From NCBI GenBank assembly GCA_030141605.1, contig JAQGDQ010000507.1, positions 34,011-98,010 of the forward strand: DNA of 64,000 bases. The letters are read 5' to 3'. Position numbers and translations under genes: made by a program. Of this stretch, positions 27,426-37,600 are shown one piece after another. How positions within the stretch are numbered: the first letter of the stretch is position 1; every line of letters starts with the position of its first letter. Below the pieces are notes generated by a model that ran no database searches, was not told the DNA's origin, and saw only the letters and a program-made list of their open reading frames with translations. Origin of the DNA: Tubiluchus corallicola (Eukaryota > Animalia > Priapulida).

Positions 27426-27702
27426 TGCTCAAATTGTATTTGCCGATGGTAATAACGGTCTGAATGCAAACTACTGCAGTTTCTAAATGTAAAAACACCT
27501 GTTACTGTAAGCGGTGTTAGCACTCACGCCATCCATTGTTCTATCGAATTTAAAACTATTTAGCTACTTCATACTGTAGGTGGCGACAGCAGTTATACAT
27601 CGTTCTAGCATTTCAAGTACCAACAACAGCAGTAGCTAATGTGAATACACCTTACAACGTTGTTCAATCACATGAGTAATGCACAGAGTCATTACCATAT
27701 AC

Positions 27703-28353
27703 AGTATGTACCATCAGTATCAAAAGTACAAGGAATGATACTTCTGTACGTCTTACAATCATTGTAAGTATGTACCATCAGTATCAGAAGTACAAGGAAT
27801 GATACTTCTGTACGTCTTACAATAATTGTAAGTATGTACCATCAGTATCAGAAGTACACGGGATGATACTTCTGTATGTCTTACAACAATTGTAAGTATG
27901 TACCATCAGTATCAGAAGTACAAGGGATGATACTTCTGTACGTCGTACAACAATTGTAAGTATGTACCATCAGTATCAGAAGTATAAGGGATGATACTTC
28001 TGTACGTCTTACAACAATTGTAAGTATGTACCATCAGCAGCATCAAAAGTACACAGGATGACACTTCTATACGTCTTACAACAATTGTAAGTATGTACCA
28101 TCAGTATCAGAAGTACACGGGATGATACTTCTGTACGTCTTACAACAATTGTAAGTATGTACCATCAGCAGCATCAAAAGTACACGGGATGACACTTCTG
28201 TACGTCTTACAACAATTGTAAGTATGCACCATCAGCAACATCTAAAGTACACAGGATGACACTTCTGTACGTCTTACAACAATTGTAAGTATGTACCATC
28301 AGCAGCATCAGAAGTACACGGGATGATACTTCTGTACGTCTTACAACAATTGT
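27703..28353. repeat. 64-67-bp minisatellite, about 10 copies
   Basis: gtatgtaccatcag recurs at 27768, 27832, 27896, 27960, 28024... Confidence 0.95.
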
Positions 28354-28756
28354 ATCTTCTGCGAAAGACATTTCCCACTTTTATACAGCCGTTTCGAGTG
28401 ACTATGTTGAAATAATTTCTGTAGCATCAGACAAACTCAACAAAAATGTTTTAAATCACATCGCTAAATGGTCCTGAAAAATCAATGAGAGAAGAGAAGA
28501 CCAAGTCACACATTCATCTAAAAGGAAGAAGCCAAACAAACGATGTGCTTCGTGTATACCGCGAAAACCATATTTGCAGAAACGCTGCCAAAAATGCCCA
28601 TAAAACAATCGTAAAAGAGATTTCTCTGCATTGGAAACGGACATTAAGTTTGCACACCGAGAAATCAAACTGGTATCAGACCTTTTAGCAAGTGCAAGTA
28701 ATCTGGATGAGTGACGTAACTAGAAAAATGCAAATCTTTGAAGAAATGTATCCCAC

Positions 28757-29058
28757 AATAAGCGTTTTCACAGTTTCGTTGTGCGCAGTTGATGTAGGTC
28801 AAAGGTTAAGTGTACAACAGAAACGCATCTTAACTACCGCTGCCACGTAACGCATGTGTAAAGCAAAATCTCCTATCGAATCAGGAAACAAGAAAAAATG
28901 AACTAGACAAGGTTCTAGCTAGCTGTTACAACTGTTACTATTACAATAGTATGGTCTGCCAGGCGTAGTCAAGTGCACACAAATGCGTTGTCTGGCACAC
29001 TTAACCTTTGACATTTTCACGATCATTATCGATCGCTGAAACTGTGAAAAGGCGTATT
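28757..29058. mobile_element. Foldback MITE with long imperfect inverted arms
   Basis: aataagcgttttcacagtttc / gaaactgtgaaaaggcgtatt and gtcaaaggttaagtgt / acacttaacctttgac. Confidence 0.7.
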
Positions 29059-29059
29059 A

Positions 29060-29325
29060 GAAAACAAAGCAAAAAGAAATAAAAAGCACTACGTTACAAA
29101 GTACCACAGTACTTTATCTTCAGGTGAAAGAAAAAAACAAATAAATCACTAAAACATTTACATTATTAATGAATAAAAACATCTCAGTGAAACTGATACA
29201 AGACCCTCCCCCCAAAAAGCGTTAGTAATTACGTGTCATAGATTTGCCTTTTTCTTTCACTTGAAGATAAAGTACAGTGGTACTTTGAAACGTTGTGCGT
29301 TTTATTTCTTTTTTCCTTGTTTTTA
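29060..29325. mobile_element. Second foldback MITE, about 75-bp inverted arms
   Basis: aaagtaccacagtactttatcttcaggtgaaagaaaaa versus tttttctttcacttgaagataaagtacagtggtacttt. Confidence 0.75.
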
Positions 29326-30170
29326 ATTGTGGATATTTTCAATGCATTGTCACTAATAATAAGAAATAATTTTTACAAAAATCTTTGATTTTAAACTCTG
29401 AATTTCACTCTTATCTTAATTTGTCAAGGAAAATAAAAAAAATCAGTGAGACAGACATGAATTGGAAAGATTCTCTCGACACAAAAAATGTCTAAATCAA
29501 TGATCTTAGGGTCCCAGCACTGCACAAATAAATCAACATACATAACGATGAAATATAATGAACAAACGCGATAAAATAAAAAATAAGATAAGACAAAATA
29601 TTTATTCAGGATAAATTTGATTGAGCAAAGCTTGTTTACAACAAGATCATGATTGGTGGTTTCCGTATTTCAAAGTTAAGAAAAATAAATATGTGTAAGT
29701 ACTCAAAGATAAAATTTACAAAAATATACAAAAATTGTACAAACATTGTGTGACTTAATACCTTAAAGAAAATAAGCAGAAACGTAAAAAAAGAAAGCTA
29801 CGATTATAACTGCAAAAAAAAATTTAAAACATGCAAATGTCAAAAGACATGGAGAGACAAAAATTGGCAAAGGACATGTCAAAAATTCAGAGACAAAAAG
29901 ACAAGCAATTGAAAAATAATGTCATATAATACACAACTAATGAAAAGCAGAAATAAAAGCAAATTAAAACAATAAATAAAAACATTTACATTAAAAATCC
30001 AAAATCTAAAAAAAAATTACGTTCATCAATTTTTGACCTTGAAATTTCATGGATGATATCTGTATTGTGTATTTCCTGTATTTCAAGTTTCACATAGAAA
30101 ATTAATTAATTCATTACCGGTTTGTAATTCAGCACAAAGAATGGACATAGTACCAATTGGCTTACATTAA

Positions 30171-30709
30171 AGGATGATTGTTTAGACTTAATCTAATTTT
30201 AATTTACTGCCCAAAATATACATTTTCTTGCCTATAAAAGTTAGCAATTGTTTCTTATATTTGAATAATTAGCTTAGAAAGTTAATTAACGGTAGGCGAA
30301 CACAGCTATTGCTTACGTCAGAAACTAACCACAGTTTGTGCAGAATGTTAGACATCTTCCCTTGCGCATCAAGCACGTTTGCATAAGTGCACAGTACTGT
30401 TTAAATGCATGATGTCACAAAAATGGGCTTTACATCATATGACGTCAGAAACTAACACTGAAGTTCACGATCATGCTTATCACGATACCGCCTTCTATTT
30501 GTCGGCCATGCGCACGTGACAAAAAGGCGCCGCTGCCAATCTTAGTAGATTCACTAAGCCCCGCATAGCTTTGAAAGCTTAATGAAATTTCAGTATCCGA
30601 GGTAATTATTATTTAATCTAAGCTTTGATTTAAAAAAAGCTATTGTAGTTTTCAATATTTTAGAGCATTCTTCATTCTGATTAATGTTTGCATAATCATC
30701 CGGTTTTCC
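30171..30709 (-). mobile_element. Kolobok-like MITE family B
   Basis: TTAA-agg ... ccggttttcct-ctaa; collinear with 46101 copy. Confidence 0.85.
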
Positions 30710-32849
30710 TCTAACAAATAATTTGCTTTTAGGTGCATTTGAACTCTACAGTGAAATCATAATATACTATCCTCTTTGGGGTATTGATATTCTCGCTTCA
30801 TTGCAAATTAAACGTCAAGTCGCAATGCCAATTAAATTGGAGTTGTGACCGTATGTTCCAGTTACAGTGCATAATGCCACAGTCTGACATTAATAGCAAT
30901 AATTACAGTCCCCAGGAGATGACACTCTCCAAGGGATGACAGTGTAATCAAATATCAAAGGAAAACAGACGAGGTAAATGCTATGAGAATGATTATTAGT
31001 CAAGCTCACAGAGTCAGTGGATGCTATCAAAATATATAGATTACTGAGAATGCTGTCATATTCTGCATATACTAGTATGACATATTGCATATGTGGAATA
31101 CAACCATTTAAAACATTGATAACAAGACGTACAGAAAGACTGTTTGAAGCCTCAATGATTTCAAGCCAATGTAGTTTTAGCAAGTTTAGCCATTTTAAAT
31201 CAGTATTCCAGTCTCAATACACTGGGTAAAGGTCACACTAAATATAAACACAGAGATAGCCTAGAAGCTCAAAAAGTGCCACATACTGGCATGCAATGAG
31301 TCTGCAGGAACTGTACAGTCACCTCTAGAAGGCAGGTATTCAAACAAAATGTTTGTGAGATGGAACGGATTGCTGGTTTGTGATAACCATCACTAACTCA
31401 AGTGTTACAATCCGATAGAGTTAGACATGTGTGGAAAATGAGTCAAATATCAGGTCTCCCAAACATTTTTTTTGATGACTTTCTTAGTTGTCAATGTCAT
31501 CATAACCGTCATTAACACAATCATCGTCGTTATCACCTTCATCATCATCAACGTTGCCAGGTCACCAATATGCCTAATATTATTACTTTAAATATTAAAT
31601 GAAATCATAAACAACCTTATGTAAACCAAAACAACTAAGGTTGAAGTTTATGAGTTTGCTCTTTGCTCTCTAATGAAAAAACACCTTCAGATTCTACCAA
31701 AATTCGTTTATTGTTAATAATTTCTTTACGTTTTTGTTACTCAAATAAAATTAGTCATTTCACAACACTTTGAACAGCCTGTATGGCAACAAAGTGTGTA
31801 TAAAACAATGCAGTAATCACAGTAACATAATTATAAAGTTTAAATTACTGAAGTGAAATACGTAGTATCTATAATGAAAGGCCCACTCAAAGTTGGAAAA
31901 CTAATTCTTTAAATAATTTCAACTTTCAATATTTTACTACTGATTGTACTCTTAATTTTAGAGCAAAATGTAATTTCTAATACTCAGGCATACATCTGTA
32001 GCTACAACGAAATGTAACAGTTGGGTATGACTGCAGCTGTCGGGTTTAGCACCATGGATTTGGGATTTTCCATAGAGTATATATAACAAAAATTATTGTT
32101 TATTGATTTTTACAGCACTACACTGCTTCTCAGCACTGCTCACCTGTGAAATTAATTAACACATAAAAATTCAAAGGAAAAAATAAGACCTGCAATAATA
32201 AGTAGAGGCAGGTTTTTACATTTGTCCAGTTCTTTTACATTTTTCATTATGAGCACAATTGTCTTTCTTGCACATAGCACTTACTCAAACCTTTTTTAAC
32301 ACCAAAACCAAAAGCAAAGTTAGTAAAATTCTTTTAAATCGTCAATTTTCTTCATTTCACAGCCAAGCAGTGTTGTAACTCTTTTAAAATACTACACTGT
32401 GCACATGCTGATTTTTTTCTATTAGTAAGCACAATTAGTAAGCTATTATCATTAATTATTATACTCAGTTTCAGAAAGCCATTGTGTGCAACGATTTTCA
32501 GCTATCAAATTTTGGCCTAAATTGAGGAATACCAAAGCATTGTGTCCAGTTTAAATTGAGTAATTTGAGTTTTAAAGCTTCAAATACTTTTACAAATTTG
32601 TACCAAGGTATATTATAATTTAATATTACAATTTACAAACATAACTAAAAAAGCATTAAATGGGACATCAACTGTCTCAGGCCCCGTCGTGGGAGCTAAC
32701 AATGCTTCGTGGCCCGTAGCTGCTTACGTTATGTTTTTTTAGTGTCACCTGGTAATCTTGACTTTGTGTGAAGCTAACACTTAGTAACAGTGACAGTACT
32801 ATCCTACGACGCAAAGTAATCAACCAGCAGATTTTCGGGACTTTACCTG

Positions 32850-33160
32850 ACACTGAGTTTAACTTCTTGCCAGCAGCCGTGGGAACACAACGAAACAAAT
32901 CTCACTTTTGTAACTTGTTCGTAAGCACCTAAAATCTTGTTACTTTTCACAAAAAAAACAAAATACCGTTAAAACACCACTAGCAATACCAAAGTAATCT
33001 CATACGCGAGCACACACAAAAAACACCTGCCGCGTCCAACAGTCGGCAAGCTTTACAAGGTGCGCAACTGAAGCAGCATAGTTTCCGTTAGAGACTGTGT
33101 ATATCTATGAGTTCCGGTTTACGTAAAGGAAGCGCTCAGCCGATCACAATCTCTCAAATA
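32850..33160 (-). promoter_or_regulatory. Candidate promoter / non-coding first exon of a divergent minus-strand gene
   Basis: Locally CpG-richer unique sequence with ETS-like TTCCGG, palindromic TTACGTAA and CCAAT-like agccgatcac; minus-strand donors at 32905 (GTGAGA) and 32846 (CAG|GTAAAG). Confidence 0.4.
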
Positions 33161-33508
33161 AAACCCAAAACGATGAAAAACCATGGATATTTTTCCGCAT
33201 GTCGGATTATTAAATTTTTTTAAAAAATAAATAAAATGCACAGAACATTACTAAATAATAATGATCCTACATTGTTAAATCATTACAAGGAATATACTAC
33301 AACAAAAATTTCATATAATCTTATTAAAACGACGTGAGATTTATGTTTTATCAGCATGATTTAGAAATCTATAAGAATAACATAAAAATTACATGGACAA
33401 CCATGAAGGAATAATGGATAAAGAATAAAGAAAGGTGAAGTGGAAAACCAAAATAAACTAAGTATCAACAACAAAATGAACAAATGACAAAATAAGTTGG
33501 GTTAAAAT

Positions 33509-33954
33509 TAGGGGTGAGCAAATCTCTACCAGTAAGCAAATTCGAATCGAATCGAACTTGTGACTTTCGAATTCGAGTCGAACAGAATTTCGGTATTTCA
33601 AATATGAGTTGAACAGTATTTCGGTATTTCGAATACGAATTCTATTTGAAAGATTTTTAAACAAGTTTTCGAACCACCAGTGAATAGCAGTCTTATTCGA
33701 TTGTGTTCTGCAGTAAAATCAGTAATAACTTATTTAAAAATTGCGCACAGAAATCACAGAAAAATTGTGCTAATTGTTTGAAGTTTCAATGTTTTTATAA
33801 CAAGGAACGTATGTGGTTGAAATGCTGAATTATTCGAATTTAAAATTTTTAGTTCAATCGAATCAAATTCAAACTAAAAAACGTGTTGGAATCGAATTCG
33901 AATGTTCGAATTCGATTCGAACATTTGCACTCCAGCGTTCGATACTCACCCCTA
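33509..33954. mobile_element. hAT-like MITE rich in TTCGAA motifs
   Basis: TAGGGGTGAG / CTCACCCCTA TIRs; degraded 8-bp TSD gttaaaat/ggtaagat; related partial copy near 37362-37560. Confidence 0.75.
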
Positions 33955-34461
33955 GGTAAGATAATGATCAAGTACTTTGTTGATATTGGACCATCATTTG
34001 CTGAAAAGACTGGTGTGTTAAATCATCAAGTCTATCATCACAGTAGCAATGGCTGGCTCCCATCATATTTACAATATTTTTTAAATAACTCAATCTTATT
34101 TAAAACTTACACTGTTGTCATTTTTTCTTCGGTTTTTCCTCCTATCCCTAATCTCATTATCTTTCCATTCTATCACATCCAATAAACCTTAGCTCATTCG
34201 TTAAGGTTAAATACTTATATCAAGGTATATATGGAAGCCGATTACATCTCTGCTCGTTGCACTAACAAATTTTGTACAGCTAGTACAGTTACGGTGATTA
34301 CAATATTTTTTATGCATCTTTATCATGGGATAGTCTATTATACCACTCTAGACGGTCTAGACTTCTGGGCGTGACTTCGTTGCAACTTTTCCTAGCAGAG
34401 TCCTGACTGTGCACAAATTTGTTAGTTTCGCCTCCGATAGATGACACAACAAGCATAGTCT

Positions 34462-34475
34462 GTTGCCTTGGTTAC
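34462..34475. promoter_or_regulatory. RFX X-box upstream of SLC44 start
   Basis: GTTGCCTTGGTTAC; reverse complement GTAACC-AA-GGCAAC fits GTNRCC(N0-3)RGYAAC; about 150 bp before the ATG. Confidence 0.5.
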
Positions 34476-34606
34476 TGGCTTACCACAGACGGTGCAGACG
34501 TTCATCAATAAACACAAAGAGTGATTTAGTTAACTCAGGATGTCATCCTTAAGTGCTTGACTGGAAGAAAATCTTTGGTAAAGTTGTTTGTCTGAACGAG
34601 TAATCC

Positions 34607-34621
34607 ATGAGGGAGAAATAA
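34607..34621 (+). promoter_or_regulatory. 4-codon uORF (MREK*) ending 1 nt before SLC44 ATG
   Basis: ATG AGG GAG AAA TAA a ATG read directly; assumes it lies in the transcribed leader. Confidence 0.5.
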
Positions 34622-34622
34622 A

Positions 34623-34649
34623 ATGGGTGGAGTTTGCGGAAAACGTCAG
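34623..34649 (+). CDS. SLC44A1: SLC44 coding exon 1 (MGGVCGKRQ)
   Basis: aaaATGG Kozak context, CAG|GTGAAA donor, phase 0 fits exon 2; resembles the short MG-C first exon of CTL1. Confidence 0.7.
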
Positions 34650-37600
34650 GTGAAATTCCTGTAACTAACATTTTTCGGCAGTTTCTATGTAGACAGATTA
34701 CATAATAATTACCATACCTTTGATTACAATGTAAGTGCTTATTATACAACGAAGAATTTTAAAGTATGTCCCGAAAAACTTTCCCTAAAAAGTCGTGATA
34801 CTCAGCATGAGCTTACCTGTTTGAAGCAGCTGGACTAGAATACAATTAATATTAGCAGTATTGCATGTTCCCGCAGTTCTGCTGAAAGTCTGATTGAAAG
34901 TATGAATAGACCAGCAAGTTTTTCTTTCCTATTTTTTCTTGGAGGTTGCCCAAGATTTAAGTGACGTAGTTGTAGATGCAATCAATCTCTAGATTACACT
35001 TAGAATACCAGCAGTTATAACTTACTACATATGTATAGTCAATTGTAAACTGTATTTTCTGTTGAAATAATCGTACTGGAATGAGTGGGACTGATCAACT
35101 GTTTGCCTAGGACATTGTAATGTCTTAAAATGCCCCTGGCCATGGATGCTGTTAGCATGGGCCTTTAAATTTATAAACTTTATACAGCATTATTGCTAAT
35201 GTAAGCTCTGTATGCAAATAAGGCAACAACTTATAAATGATACAAAATTTCAAGACAAAGTTTCTAAACTATATTTATTTAGAGTGTTTCCTTGTGCTTT
35301 AAAAAAGTTAGGTTCAAGAGATTCTGATCAGTTTTAATAATAACGTCCCTTTTTCACATTTTTGATGAATAAATTGGCTACAAGTTACAAAAAAACACAT
35401 TAAATCAAAACTACATCATCATCTATTAATCACCAGTTATATTCTCAACATCACAATGCCCGAAAGTTGTTTGTTCAAGTTGTTGCATTCAATGTTGAAC
35501 TGTTAAATTTGATTTTTCTGTGAAGTAAAAAATTCAAATCAATTAAAAATGTTTATTAATATTGTCTGACGCCCGATGTATTAAAAAGAATGAGACGCAA
35601 GCAAAAATGACTAACTATTAGTGAATGTCAATTAGGGAAATTGCTATTATGCTTTTTATGCTCCACAATAGCACAATTATGAAAAATTAAATTTTTTTTA
35701 AATCAAAATAAGTGATTTTTGAGTATTTTCTTTTTTTAGGTTTTATGTTAAAAATCACAAAATACTATAAACTTGTATTATTTTGAATTCAATTTCCTGT
35801 TGCATGATGATTACATATTATTTTATAGCTAGATTCAAAATTCTGAGTATTTGACACATTTTTTATCCTTATTACATCTTGAGATGCATTTGAGTAGCTA
35901 TTCCTACTTAACTAGTTTTTGTATATGAAATCCTATAAAAGACAATCAAGGAATTGCGGAAAAGTTTAATGTGGCCCGGCTAGTCAGATAATTTGCACAC
36001 CCCTGTTGTAGTGTCACAGTCATGTTACAAAATAATTGATCATTATGGCAATATTAACTCAGTTTCGTGTCATTGTAGCTCTGGAACATCTGGCTCGTTT
36101 TGATGTGGTAAAACAAATGTGAAATTATTTAAACATTATTTCTATTTTGTGTAGAGAAGAGACCCAACAGCAGTAATTGTAGAAAACAGAAGGTGTCGTG
36201 ATGTAGTTTTCTTGCTGCTGTTATTAGTAGTTATTGGTGGGAGTGTAAGTATTATTTACACATTCAATAAATGCTGCGGTTAATTAAGATTTTGCATACA
36301 GTGTTTCCTCGCTTATTCACGGGTGACTAGTTCCAGGCCCACCCGCGATAAGCCCACCCGCGAAGTAGGGATGCTATACTTATTTTCCTAGTTATACACT
36401 ATTTTAAGTCTTTATAAATCCATCAATCAGTCAATCGTTTGTTGTGTACAATCTCACTTCGGCAAGCAGCATCTCAAGCGGGCGCAAGTACTACATATCA
36501 TTTTTAGTGTGTATTCATCCGCCGAATAAATACACTATAGTCTGTAAATGGTAATTTTTTTAGGTTTTATAATATTCTTTTAATGTTAGAATTAACATTT
36601 TTAATATATTTTTATACATTTTGTGATTTTTAATGCAGAATTCGTCAAATCTATACAATACTCTACAATACGTACTACACATGTCCAAAAATACTTTAGA
36701 CGGAGTACCGCAAAAACCCTCGAAACAGCGAAAATACTGCGATAAATATTTTACATTAATATTTTTGAAAAAACCCGCGAAACAGTGAGTCCACAATAAA
36801 CAAACCACGAAGTAGCGAGGGAACATTGTACTTGCTGTTCCGTCTCAGCTCACTTCTGCGGACAGAAATTTTTTCTTTCTAACCATTGATATCTTGTGGT
36901 ATGGTATAGTTACTTAGCTGTCCGCTATATCTATTTGTTTCCAGGGTTATGGAGTCGGAGTCGTGGAGTCGGCAGTAAATTTACTGCTAAAAGAGTCGGA
37001 GTCAACGTTGTTAAAACTTAGGGTTTTGTAGTCGGAGCTGGGACTTGGGAGTACACTTTTTGTTAGAGGAATCGGTGTTAGAGAGAGAAACTGAAACTCC
37101 AGTTACTTTTAACTTTTAACGCATTTATGCATAACATCCCATTTTGGGACACTCGTATTGGTGTCTATGCAGTTAGACCTGCTTTTAGAGCATAAGAAGT
37201 AGTGATGAAATGCCAATGTACCTAAATATTGAGAGTACTACAAACTATTACTTAAAGCCAGGAGTCGAAATTGGAATCAGGAGTTGAGGCTCCTAAAATT
37301 TTAGGAGTCAGAGTCAGGAATTTAATGTATCGACTCCACGGTCCTTTTTGTTTCTGTATTTTAGGTGTGAACATCTCCTGTCAGAATGCTAATTGGAATC
37401 AAACCGAATTCCAAGATTTCTAAACTGAATCGAATTCAAATAAATTTTGCAATCATAAATAAAAAGCGGTCTAGCAAAGGTCATGCATATTGTTTGATCT
37501 TGCTCTGCAGTAAAAACATAAATACTGTTTAAAAATTGTGTGCAGAAGTCGCAGCAGAATTGCGTGCAGTTTCAAACATTTTAATCGCAATGTTATCTGA

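Noticed and set aside
26893-27498. Poly-Leu/poly-Thr/poly-Cys ORFs
   Set aside because: Trinucleotide microsatellite
34817-34834. 18-nt minus-strand microexon (ttctag / CAG-GTAAGC)
   Set aside because: Single chance-level match, upstream of the candidate minus-strand promoter, with no partner exon
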